In this document: positions 9,107 to 18,290 of the stretch, piece by piece
Layout: every line of letters begins with the position of its first letter
How positions within the stretch are numbered: position 1 is the first letter of the stretch
DNA from: a virus
Taxonomy: Duplodnaviria; Caudoviricetes
IMG/VR virus record: IMGVR_UViG_3300042691_005081
Coordinates: 1,607-65,606 of that record
DNA length: 64,000 bases
Reading direction: 5' to 3' (one strand)
Position numbers and translations under genes: made by a program
Notes under the pieces: generated by a model
Databases searched by the model: none
The model's input: only the letters and a program-made list of their open reading frames with translations
Told to the model about the DNA's origin: nothing

Positions 9107-10300
9107 ATGGCTGATTTTTCATTAACCACGTTATTCGTGGTTCCAGTAGGGCAGAGTGCTGTCCCTAGCTCTGGCTCAACACAAGACCTAACTGCAGGTA
9201 CTGTGGGAATCTTTAAAAATGACTATGCTGTAGCTACCTCTGGTAACATTGCTGCTGCTCCTTATTTTTATATTGCACAAGGAAGACAAAACACCTATCT
9301 TCAAGGATCTAAAAGATCTGATAAGATTGGAGTTCAAACAACTTCTTTAACAGGTAATGCTCAAACAATTACAACAAAAAATTCTAATGTAACAGAATGG
9401 TATAAAGTATCAGGATGTCCTACAGCTGCTAATCAAATTACTGATGTAAGCAATTTTACTGTACAATGTGGAGAAGTTATTACATTAACTTTGCGTGCTC
9501 ACTCATCTTATATTGACACATTATATTTTAATGGATTTACACGTTCAGTAACTATACAAGCTCCATGCTGTAATTGTGGTGATAATCCTTGTGATGATGT
9601 AAGTGATGATATAATTATCAATTCATTAATTACTAAATTAAGACAAGCTGCTCCAGGTAACAACCCTGATAACATTAGTTTTAATACTTTCTTTACATTT
9701 GAAAACATAGGAGGTACAACTTTACGTATAACAGGAAAACCATTAACTAAATATGGTCAACCTTGTGATATTGCTGCATTCCCTTTTGAATACGATAGAT
9801 TAACATTTAGAACATTTGTTTTTTCTGGTCCTGCTACTACTGCTGACTTTATTGTTGATGACAATTGTAATCTAGTTGCCACTCCAACTATAACTCAACG
9901 TTCTTCTTATCCTACAGGACAATCTGCAGAAATTGCTCAATTAGAGAAAAATTTCTACAGCTATCAAGCTGGTTACTTGAAGCATTTATATAGAATGAAT
10001 GGATATAATGAGAACTTTGAATCTTATGTATCTGATGGCCAAACTTATAATACTTTCTATATTAGATTTAATGAGTATGACAAATCTGCTTATCAATGGG
10101 GTGATTATATTGAACAAGATTCTACAGTAATCCTTGCTATTCCACAAGGAGGTAGTAATTTAACTTCTGCATTTGAAACAATTTTAGTAGCTGGTTTAGG
10201 CTCTGTTGTAGATCAAGGATTGCCTTGTATAAGTACAACAACTACAACTTCTACTGCTGCCCCATCAACTACCACTACTACAAGTACTAATATACCATAG
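9107..10300 (+). CDS. Abundant structural protein (auxiliary capsid-like) with C-terminal Thr/Ser-rich tail
   Basis: 397 aa, beta-rich, followed by a strong hairpin; ends STTTTTSTAAPSTTTTTSTNIP. Confidence 0.6.
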   Translation: MADFSLTTLFVVPVGQSAVPSSGSTQDLTAGTVGIFKNDYAVATSGNIAAAPYFYIAQGRQNTYLQGSKRSDKIGVQTTSLTGNAQTITTKNSNVTEWYKVSGCPTAANQITDVSNFTVQCGEVITLTLRAHSSYIDTLYFNGFTRSVTIQAPCCNCGDNPCDDVSDDIIINSLITKLRQAAPGNNPDNISFNTFFTFENIGGTTLRITGKPLTKYGQPCDIAAFPFEYDRLTFRTFVFSGPATTADFIVDDNCNLVATPTITQRSSYPTGQSAEIAQLEKNFYSYQAGYLKHLYRMNGYNENFESYVSDGQTYNTFYIRFNEYDKSAYQWGDYIEQDSTVILAIPQGGSNLTSAFETILVAGLGSVVDQGLPCISTTTTTSTAAPSTTTTTSTNIP

Positions 10301-10321
10301 TAAGTAGATAATTAATAAACC

Positions 10322-10364
10322 TATGCCAGAGGAAAGGGAATAAATCTCATATTCCTCTGGCATA
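10322..10364 (+). terminator. 13-bp stem-loop (terminator or mRNA-stabilising/processing hairpin)
   Basis: TATGCCAGAGGAA / TTCCTCTGGCATA perfect inverted repeat; weak U-tail. Confidence 0.6.
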
Positions 10365-10381
10365 ATTATTTAGAAACAAAT

Positions 10382-10945
10382 ATGCCAAACTTACAATTAA
10401 ATATATTAATAGTTCCTACATATGATGTTAACACTTTAGGTGTTACAGATGCTTCTATATATCCTACCAATCCCCCAGTAGTATTAGCACCTTCTGTTGA
10501 AATTGATGTTCCTGGATTTGGTATTAAAATATTACCATTTGTTCCTAATCAATTAAATGTATTTACATCATCTAATTTAGAAATATCAGAACCAGGATGT
10601 AATCAACCTCTTCCAGATGGTGTATATAGAATAAAATATTCTGTTGCTCCTGCATATACAAATTATGTAGAGAAAACAATATTACGTGTTGACAAACTTC
10701 AAGAAAAATTTGATAATGCGTTTTTACAATTAAATATGATGGAATGTGATAGAGCTTTAAAAACTCAATCTAGTATAACATTAAATACAATTAACTTTTT
10801 TATACAAGGAGCTATTGCAGCAGCCAATAACTGTGCAGAGCAAGAATCAAATAGATTATATGCTCAAGCAGATAATATGTTAAATAACTTTTTAAAATCA
10901 AATTGTGGTTGTTCTGGTAACAACTATCAAATAAATTTTTATTAA
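10382..10945 (+). CDS. Putative structural protein (LPDGVY motif, Cys-containing)
   Basis: 187-aa ORF within the structural operon. Confidence 0.6.
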   Translation: MPNLQLNILIVPTYDVNTLGVTDASIYPTNPPVVLAPSVEIDVPGFGIKILPFVPNQLNVFTSSNLEISEPGCNQPLPDGVYRIKYSVAPAYTNYVEKTILRVDKLQEKFDNAFLQLNMMECDRALKTQSSITLNTINFFIQGAIAAANNCAEQESNRLYAQADNMLNNFLKSNCGCSGNNYQINFY

Positions 10946-10946
10946 T

Positions 10947-11045
10947 ATGAAAGCTCAGTGTTCAAATTGCCAAGCTAATGTAGGGTGTGGATGTCAGTTA
11001 ATTAATGGATTATGTGCTCACTGTGCGGCTAATGTAAATAAATAA
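10947..11045 (+). CDS. 32-aa Cys-rich microprotein (MKAQCSNCQANVGCGCQLINGLCAHCAANVNK)
   Basis: ATG starts 2 nt after the previous stop and the ORF fills the gap to the next gene; CxxC-CxC-CxxC; missing from the ORF track. Confidence 0.7.
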   Translation: MKAQCSNCQANVGCGCQLINGLCAHCAANVNK

Positions 11046-11049
11046 TACT

Positions 11050-11412
11050 ATGTTATTACCAAGACTGACAAATTGTCCAGAATGTGCTAATATACCTTCT
11101 CTACTTAGAAGTATAGATTGTAAATTAGCAGAACTTGGCAATAATTTATACAATAACATATCTTATATGTTAAATAAACCAGTACCTACTGATAACATTT
11201 CTCAATTAATAGGGTATAGAAGAATATTACAATATAAATATATTAACCCAAACTATGCTCATAAATATTCTATAAATATGATTGCTAATAGAGTAGTACG
11301 TTTAACAGCAGGATGTGTTAGTAGATGTAATACACCAGAGCCTTGTATAGAGATTCCATGTGATATTACAATTGTACCAAATCCAACAACCACAACAACA
11401 ACAACAATATAA
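11050..11412 (+). CDS. Cys-rich protein with C-terminal poly-Thr
   Basis: 120 aa ending PTTTTTTTI. Confidence 0.7.
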   Translation: MLLPRLTNCPECANIPSLLRSIDCKLAELGNNLYNNISYMLNKPVPTDNISQLIGYRRILQYKYINPNYAHKYSINMIANRVVRLTAGCVSRCNTPEPCIEIPCDITIVPNPTTTTTTTI

Positions 11413-11423
11413 AAATAAATAAT

Positions 11424-12551
11424 ATGTCTAATTGCTCAAATTGCTATGGAGGATGTACAGAGATTGTTTCTGACAGATGTGTTAAATATACAGGAATAGA
11501 TGTTCCTGTCCTAGGAATACAAACAGGTGACTCACTGTCATTTGTAGAACAAGCATTAATTACATTTCTTACTTCTACATTAAATGGAGAAGGAATAAAA
11601 ATTAATCTAGCTCCTACAGTGATATGTGAGCTTGTACAACAATATCTTCCTACATGTGGGGATTTATCTGTTGTAGATGTATTAAAAGCCCTTGTAGATG
11701 CTGCATGTGATTTACAAACACAAGTAGGTGCAATTGATGTAGTGCTCACTACATTAAATGCTGATTACACATTACCAGCAAATTGTTTAACAGGAGTTAC
11801 AGCTTCTTCAGATACACATGCTATTGTACAAGCTGTAATAAATAAACTTTGTTCAATAAATGCTGATTTTATTCAATTATTAATTGATCTTCCAAATACA
11901 TATGTAGCTATTGCTGATATTGATACATTAATTCAAAATTATTTAAATAGTCAAAACTTTTTATCTCTAGCTAAAGATAGAATGATTCCTTATGCTCCAA
12001 TTCCTTATTTTGGTCCTCTTTCAAATTATCCTGCTTCAGGAGATAGTTTTAGTATATCAGGAGTAGGATCAGGATATTGGGATAAAGTGTATTTATGTAA
12101 TGGATTAAATAGTACACCAGACTTAAGAGGAAGAACATTGGTTGGTGCTACAACAGGAATGGGTGGAGGTACATTTAATTCTGCTGTAAACCCAGCTATA
12201 TCTGGTAATCCTAATTATGCATTAAATACTTTAGTAGGACTAAATCAAGTTGTTCTTACAACTCCAAATCTTCCTTCTCATACACACACAGCTACAGTTA
12301 CAATTAATGATCCTGGACATACACATACAGTAATTGGCTCTAATAATGACAATGGAGATATAGGAAGTTATTTTATAACTACAGGTATAGATAATTATGG
12401 AAATGCTACTATTACTTCTAATGTTACAGGATTAAAAGGAACAGGTGTAGGACAAAATGTATTTGTATCTAATGCTTCTACAGGAGATAATGCTCCACAC
12501 TTAAATATTCAACCTAGTATAGGATGTTATTATATAATGTATATACCATAA
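11424..12551 (+). CDS. Fibre/collar protein: Cys-rich N-terminal domain plus tail-collar-like domain
   Basis: LCNG...TPDLRGRTLVG and LPSHTH...H.NIQP motifs of phage tail collar domain proteins. Confidence 0.75.
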   Translation: MSNCSNCYGGCTEIVSDRCVKYTGIDVPVLGIQTGDSLSFVEQALITFLTSTLNGEGIKINLAPTVICELVQQYLPTCGDLSVVDVLKALVDAACDLQTQVGAIDVVLTTLNADYTLPANCLTGVTASSDTHAIVQAVINKLCSINADFIQLLIDLPNTYVAIADIDTLIQNYLNSQNFLSLAKDRMIPYAPIPYFGPLSNYPASGDSFSISGVGSGYWDKVYLCNGLNSTPDLRGRTLVGATTGMGGGTFNSAVNPAISGNPNYALNTLVGLNQVVLTTPNLPSHTHTATVTINDPGHTHTVIGSNNDNGDIGSYFITTGIDNYGNATITSNVTGLKGTGVGQNVFVSNASTGDNAPHLNIQPSIGCYYIMYIP

Positions 12552-12564
12552 ATAAATTAATAAA

Positions 12565-12921
12565 ATGTCACATTCTTTTTTACCAGTTAATCCTTGTTGT
12601 ACAGATGTATTTCCAAACATTCCTTGTGAGTGTACTAATTGTAATAACAACTTATGTGGAACTAATGTAACTCTATCTAGTAATATAATTTATAATGGAC
12701 CTATATTAACTTGTACTACAATTGAGCCATGTGATAATCTTAATGTAGTGTTACAAAAAGTTGATGAAGTTATATGTAATCTATTATCTCAAATAAATAC
12801 ATTAACTACACAAGTTAATACATTAACTGTTCAAATTGTAAATATTAATAGTGATGTTATTAATATTAATAATACATTAGGAACTTGTTGTCCAACTACT
12901 ACTACAACTACAACAATATAA
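12565..12921 (+). CDS. Cys-rich coiled-coil protein with C-terminal poly-Thr
   Basis: Heptad repeat (INTLTTQVNTL); ends CCPTTTTTTTI. Confidence 0.7.
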   Translation: MSHSFLPVNPCCTDVFPNIPCECTNCNNNLCGTNVTLSSNIIYNGPILTCTTIEPCDNLNVVLQKVDEVICNLLSQINTLTTQVNTLTVQIVNINSDVININNTLGTCCPTTTTTTTI

Positions 12922-12930
12922 GTATAAGAT

Positions 12931-13803
12931 ATGTCTAATTGTCCTCAATCAAATAATGAAACAATAGAAACAAATACTATATCATACAATAGTAGCACAC
13001 TCCCTTGTACAGATGTAGATACGTGTGATGATTTAAATACAATCCTTTCTAAATTTAATACTATTATATGTTCTGCTACAGAGAGTGTAAATACAATAAC
13101 AGAAAATGTAGAAAACATTACACAAGATATATCAAATATAACAAATAGTATAACTAATATAAATAATCAGTTAAATACATGCTGTCCCTCTTTTACAACC
13201 ACCACAACTACCACTACAGCACGAATAACTTGTTCAGTTTATAAACTAGGAACTTCTGGTCCTAGTGGTTCTCCTGGAGATAGTGATTTTTCTGCAACAA
13301 GATGTTTTGGAGGTACATTTTCAGACACAATTGTATTTCCTTTAAATGTTAGTACAGGGTGCATAGTTGATTCTTCTTTAGTATTAGGATCTAAAGTTAT
13401 AGTAATTGAAGTAACTCCTTGTCCATCAACTACAACTACCACCACCACTATAACTCCAACAACAACTACAACAAGCACTAGTTCAACTACTACCACAACT
13501 ACTACTGTTGCTCCTACTACCACCACAACTAGCAGTAGCTCAACTACAACAACTAGTTCTTCAAGCACTACAACAACTACTAGTACAACTTCTATTCCAA
13601 CTACTACCACCACTACTACTCTTGGTTTATGTCAAGAGTTTTTAGCAGATGCTGATGGAATACCAGGTACAGTATATTATACAGATTGTACAGGTGTGCC
13701 ACAAGAACTTTTTGTAACCACTACAGCTGGTTTTTGTGCAATACAGGGTACAGTATCATCAGGTGGACCTATAATAAGTATAATAGGACTTTGTCCAACT
13801 TAA
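12931..13803 (+). CDS. Cys-rich coiled-coil protein with long mucin-like Thr/Ser tract
   Basis: About 65-residue T/S/P tract separating small Cys domains; N-terminus paralogous to 12565. Confidence 0.75.
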   Translation: MSNCPQSNNETIETNTISYNSSTLPCTDVDTCDDLNTILSKFNTIICSATESVNTITENVENITQDISNITNSITNINNQLNTCCPSFTTTTTTTTARITCSVYKLGTSGPSGSPGDSDFSATRCFGGTFSDTIVFPLNVSTGCIVDSSLVLGSKVIVIEVTPCPSTTTTTTTITPTTTTTSTSSTTTTTTTVAPTTTTTSSSSTTTTSSSSTTTTTSTTSIPTTTTTTTLGLCQEFLADADGIPGTVYYTDCTGVPQELFVTTTAGFCAIQGTVSSGGPIISIIGLCPT

Positions 13804-13813
13804 AACCAATATT

Positions 13814-14089
13814 ATGACAGTATTAATAACATTAACAACAGCAGGAACATCCTCTGGCCCATTTAATTTATATTCAAATCTTGATGGATTTTTAACTCCA
13901 TTTGAAACAGGTGTATCTAAATCATCATTACTTGCAGGATATGCTTCTGCTCTTGTTCCTGATTTTACATCAGCCATAAGAATTTTATCAGGAGGAAGTT
14001 GTTCTAATTATATAGATGTTATATTACAAAACACAACTACAACTACAACAACTATAGCTCCTACTACTACAACCACAACAACAATTTAA
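13814..14089 (+). CDS. Small beta-rich protein with poly-Thr tail
   Basis: LT-x-A-x-x-x-SGPF N-terminal motif; ends TTTTTTTIAPTTTTTTTI. Confidence 0.7.
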   Translation: MTVLITLTTAGTSSGPFNLYSNLDGFLTPFETGVSKSSLLAGYASALVPDFTSAIRILSGGSCSNYIDVILQNTTTTTTTIAPTTTTTTTI

Positions 14090-14120
14090 AAAATCATAGT
14101 TTATTGGTTTTCTATGTTTT

Positions 14121-14156
14121 CTCCCATTTACAAATTGTTTATGGGAGTTTTTGTTT
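14121..14156 (+). terminator. Rho-independent terminator
   Basis: CTCCCAT/ATGGGAG stem followed by TTTTTGTTT. Confidence 0.75.
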
Positions 14157-14233
14157 ATAACTAATTTAATTATAAATAATTACAACTCTAACTAAAATTA
14201 TTTGGAATATATAAAAATTATTTTTTACCTTTA
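14156..14233 (+). promoter_or_regulatory. Putative promoter with 28-bp upstream repeat element
   Basis: TATAACTAATTTAATTATAAATAATTAC (14156-14183), TTTG 14201-14204, 21-nt spacer, TACCTTTA 14226-14233. Confidence 0.6.
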
Positions 14234-14261
14234 CAATATTTTTTAATTAAAAAAAACATAT

Positions 14262-15518
14262 ATGTCTGAAAACCAAACATTGTTAGAAGAATTAGAATTA
14301 CTCTTAAAAAGAAAAAAATCAAACATTTATTATGCAGAAAAACTAAATATATCTGTAGAAGAAGTAGAAGATTTACGTAGAGAATTAAAAGAATTAAAAA
14401 AAGAAAACCCTTTAATAAAAGAAGAATTATCAGGAGAGACAACAAAAAAAGTAAATGTAGAAAAAGGAACATTAGAAAGTACAATAACAAGTAATTTTGA
14501 ACCTAAAAATGATGTAGAATTAGCACAATTACATAAAATAGATTTAACAAAATATGTAATTACAAACTATTGGAGTAAAATGTTACCCTCTGGTAAGTTT
14601 ACTTCTTCTGTATTTAGTAAGTTAATTTCTATAGAAGAAAAAAATAAAGAAAAATTAATAGAACAATTAGAAATTTTTTTTAATAATAACTATCCTGTTA
14701 GACAATATACTTTACCAAATAAAATTTCAAATAAAGCAATGTTTGTTTATATAGCAGATGATCATGCTGGAATTGATTTTAAAGAATCTTTATTTGACAG
14801 TCCTTACACAGGAGATATTTATTATGAAAGATTAGATAAATTAGCAGATAAAATATTATTTAATAATCAAGGAGCAGAAACTTTATATATAGTTAATTTA
14901 GGGGATGAATTAGATGGGTTTAATAAACAAACAACCAGAGGAGGACATGCTTTAGACTCTTTATCAAATAAAGAACAATTTGATATATACATAAAAGCTA
15001 GAAGAAATTTTTATGATAAAATTTTATATGAAAATACATATAAACAGGTAACTATTATTAATATTAATAACTCAAATCATACAGGAAATGATTATTCTTA
15101 TATAATAAATAAAGCCTTAGAATTTTATTTATTAGGACAATTTCCAAAAGTAAATTTTATTAATCAAGAAAAATTTATTGATTCTTATATATGGGGAGAT
15201 CATAACATTTTACTTACGCATGGTAAAGATGAAAAATATATGAAGTTTGGATTTCCATTAAATCTAAATGAAAAAACAGATTTATGGTTATTAGATTATT
15301 CTAAAAATCTTCCAGGAAAACATATATCAACTATAAAAGGAGACTTACACGCATACTCAGTTAATATAGGTAAATCAGGAAGATATATTAATGTCCCCTC
15401 TATATGTGGAGGTTCTAACTGGATAGAACACAATTATGGTTCTTCTAATGCAGGTGCATTACTAGAAGTAGTTGATAAAACAGATAAAAATATAATATCA
15501 ATACCTATCTGGTTTTAA
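14262..15518 (+). CDS. Calcineurin-like metallophosphoesterase with N-terminal helix-turn-helix
   Basis: ADDHAG, LGDELDG, NSNH, THG and GDLH motifs; YAEKLNISVEEV HTH-like segment. Confidence 0.75.
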   Translation: MSENQTLLEELELLLKRKKSNIYYAEKLNISVEEVEDLRRELKELKKENPLIKEELSGETTKKVNVEKGTLESTITSNFEPKNDVELAQLHKIDLTKYVITNYWSKMLPSGKFTSSVFSKLISIEEKNKEKLIEQLEIFFNNNYPVRQYTLPNKISNKAMFVYIADDHAGIDFKESLFDSPYTGDIYYERLDKLADKILFNNQGAETLYIVNLGDELDGFNKQTTRGGHALDSLSNKEQFDIYIKARRNFYDKILYENTYKQVTIININNSNHTGNDYSYIINKALEFYLLGQFPKVNFINQEKFIDSYIWGDHNILLTHGKDEKYMKFGFPLNLNEKTDLWLLDYSKNLPGKHISTIKGDLHAYSVNIGKSGRYINVPSICGGSNWIEHNYGSSNAGALLEVVDKTDKNIISIPIWF

Positions 15519-15527
15519 TAAAATATT

Positions 15528-16100
15528 ATGGCGAATTCTAAAATAACAATAGAAAGAAGTATAGAGATAAATTCTTTAGATTATTTACATCAGTGTACTA
15601 AATGTAATGAGTTTAAACCAAATTATGAATATTCCCCCAGTTTAAATAAAAGAGTAACAAATGGTTTAGGAAGAGCATTTGTATCTGAATGTAAGTCTTG
15701 CAGAAGAAAATATCACTCTTCTAGAGCAGTTTTAGATAGAAAAAAAGAACTAGCACCTATTCAAAGAAATAAACATAGACTTAGTTCAATTTTTTGGTCA
15801 TCTAAACAAAACGCTAAAAAAAGAAATTTAGAACACAATATAGATTTAGAATACATTAAAGATTTATTTAAAATACAAAAAGGATTGTGTTATTATACTG
15901 GTAAAGAAATGTTTATTGATACAAGAGAAAAAGATAATAATGAAGATTCTGTATCTTTAGATAGATTTGACTCTTCTAAAGGATATATAAAAGGAAACAT
16001 TGTATTATGTAGATGGATAGTTAATAGAATGAAAAATGATATTAATTTCAAAGATTTTTTACAAATTGTTTCTGAAATAAATAAAAAACATAATATATAA
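15528..16100 (+). CDS. HNH-family endonuclease
   Basis: CTKC/CKSC zinc finger; CYYTG...SLDRFDSSKGY..GNIVLC..IVN.MKN. Confidence 0.8.
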   Translation: MANSKITIERSIEINSLDYLHQCTKCNEFKPNYEYSPSLNKRVTNGLGRAFVSECKSCRRKYHSSRAVLDRKKELAPIQRNKHRLSSIFWSSKQNAKKRNLEHNIDLEYIKDLFKIQKGLCYYTGKEMFIDTREKDNNEDSVSLDRFDSSKGYIKGNIVLCRWIVNRMKNDINFKDFLQIVSEINKKHNI

Positions 16101-16828
16101 TGGCAACACTTCGTAAATTAGTCAGTGATGTTAGGGCAATGCATAAAATATTATCAACTGATGCTTTAACAACAGATAGAGCAATTGCTTCTGAAATAAG
16201 AAATAACTCTTTATTACTAATTAAAAGAGAAACAAATCTTAGAAAGCTATGGGCTACAGATACACTTTTCACCACTATCCCTTGTCTAGAGATGGTGGAA
16301 GTTCCTATTTCTGAATGTTGTAATTATGTTGATGAATGTAGCATAGCTAGAACTAGATTTAAAATTCCTAGAATATCAGAAGGTAATTATCAATATGTTA
16401 TACAAGGAGTCTATTCTATTAATGCTATGAGTGGTAAAGGGAGTAAACTAAAAGAAATAACAATCAATAGATATTTAAATCTATTAAAACTTCCTGTAAT
16501 AAAAAAAGAAAATTATTTTTGGATTTCTAATGGATATTTATATGTAACTAATCCAATGGTTAAATCAATTAGATTTGTTGCATTTTTTGAAGAGGACGTT
16601 GATAATGATATTATGTATCCTGAATGTGGATGTGGAACTCCAGATTATACAAATGAACAATTATGTATAAACCCATTAGATAAAGAATTTCCTCTTCCAG
16701 GATACTTAGAACAGCAGGTACTAGAACTTACATCTAAGAAGTTACTATCCACCTACTTCAACATTAAGAGTGATATAAGTTCAGAAGGAATTGATGGACA
16801 AGCACCAAATGCAAAACCAACTAATTAA
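16100..16828 (+). CDS. Putative tail ring/tubular protein
   Basis: 242 aa preceding the IHF-like gene, as in crAss tail modules. Confidence 0.55.
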   Translation: MATLRKLVSDVRAMHKILSTDALTTDRAIASEIRNNSLLLIKRETNLRKLWATDTLFTTIPCLEMVEVPISECCNYVDECSIARTRFKIPRISEGNYQYVIQGVYSINAMSGKGSKLKEITINRYLNLLKLPVIKKENYFWISNGYLYVTNPMVKSIRFVAFFEEDVDNDIMYPECGCGTPDYTNEQLCINPLDKEFPLPGYLEQQVLELTSKKLLSTYFNIKSDISSEGIDGQAPNAKPTN

Positions 16829-17310
16829 TGTGTAGAACAAAAATTGAATGGAGGTCTTCTAGTAAAGACAGTTATAATAACTTTTGTAAAAAACATCCAT
16901 CTATAAAACTAACATATGATGAATGGAGAAATATATTATACACATACAATGAATTATTTAAAAAACATATATTAGAAACAGGGGAAAAAGGAAAACTGCC
17001 TTTTGGATTTGGAGAGTTTTCTATTAATAAAAAGAAAAGAAGAAAATTAAAAATTAATGTAGAAGGAAAGGAATTTGTTAATCTTCCTATAGATTGGCAA
17101 AAAACAAAAGAAAAGGGAAAAGTTATATATAACTTCAACTATCACACAGAAGGGTATTTTTTTGGATGGATGTGGTTTAAATCCACAGCAAGATTTAAAC
17201 ATTCTGATTTATGGTATTTTAAACCTTCTAGACTCACATCAAGATTACTATCACACTACTTAAAAACCGATAATAAATATCAACACATTTATAATCAATG
17301 GAAAACATAA
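16828..17310 (+). CDS. IHF/HU-like DNA-binding protein of the crAss tail module
   Basis: KLPFGFGEFSI HU/IHF-like signature; basic; syntenic position. Confidence 0.65.
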   Translation: MCRTKIEWRSSSKDSYNNFCKKHPSIKLTYDEWRNILYTYNELFKKHILETGEKGKLPFGFGEFSINKKKRRKLKINVEGKEFVNLPIDWQKTKEKGKVIYNFNYHTEGYFFGWMWFKSTARFKHSDLWYFKPSRLTSRLLSHYLKTDNKYQHIYNQWKT

Positions 17311-17313
17311 ACT

Positions 17314-18282
17314 ATGTCATATTACTATAAATACAATTTTGTTAGTCCTGAACCTGTATATAGTACAGTAAAAGAGGAATTAAAGTCATATTTTGATACA
17401 GCAGCGGTAGATGATTTATTATTCCCAACTTATTTAGATAAAGCTCTAAAGAAGCTGGGAAGAACTACATTTGTTATAAGTGAAGAAATTCTTTATATAG
17501 AAGATTTTGAAGCAAGACTTCCTGATAATTTTTATGCTGTAAGAGAAGCATGGATGTGTACAGCAGTAAATGGTTTTCCATATCAAGATGCTAATTCATT
17601 CTATTCTCAAGCAGCATCAGCTACTACAATACAAATAAGTCCTGTAACATCTAATGGAGTACCTTGTACTAATTCAGAGTGTACAACAGGATGTCCTGAA
17701 TGTATGCCAAATTTGGTACAAGCTGTTTATAAAACAAATAATAGTACAGCTAGACAATTTACTCATGAATATTTACTAAGACCTGGTAATATATCTGCAA
17801 GACAAAACTGTGGTGTAGATTATACAAACAATTGGGAAATGTATGCTCAAGCTCCTCCTATTCATGAATTCACTCCTGGAGCTGCTAGTTATGACTCATT
17901 TGATATTAGAGATAATAAATTTGTTACTAACTTTAGAAATGGAATAGTTCATTTATTATTTTATGCCACAGAATATGATGAGATAGGAAATCAATTAATT
18001 CCTGATAATTATAGAATAAGAGAGTATGTAGAAGCATTTATTAAATATAAAGTATTTGAAATGCTTACAAATCAAACTAATGATGAAACTTTCAACCAGC
18101 TTCAACAAAAAATGATGTTTTATAAACAACAATATGAAGAAGCTTACATCATGGCTGAAATAGAAATGAAAAAGCAAACTCCTTGGGAAAAACAAAGAAG
18201 AGTTAAAAATGATTTAAGAAGATTTAATATGTATGAACTCCCCAATCGTACTAATAGATATGGAAGAAGAAGAAACAATTAA
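17314..18282 (+). CDS. Putative tail tubular (P22 gp4-like) ring protein
   Basis: ARLPDNF motif; lies immediately before the muzzle/stabilization gene. Confidence 0.6.
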   Translation: MSYYYKYNFVSPEPVYSTVKEELKSYFDTAAVDDLLFPTYLDKALKKLGRTTFVISEEILYIEDFEARLPDNFYAVREAWMCTAVNGFPYQDANSFYSQAASATTIQISPVTSNGVPCTNSECTTGCPECMPNLVQAVYKTNNSTARQFTHEYLLRPGNISARQNCGVDYTNNWEMYAQAPPIHEFTPGAASYDSFDIRDNKFVTNFRNGIVHLLFYATEYDEIGNQLIPDNYRIREYVEAFIKYKVFEMLTNQTNDETFNQLQQKMMFYKQQYEEAYIMAEIEMKKQTPWEKQRRVKNDLRRFNMYELPNRTNRYGRRRNN

Positions 18283-18290
18283 TTAAGATT

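Noticed and set aside
13239-13613. Minus-strand poly-Val ORF
   Set aside because: Antisense shadow of the poly-Thr tract (ACN reads as GTN-rich on the reverse strand); no independent signals
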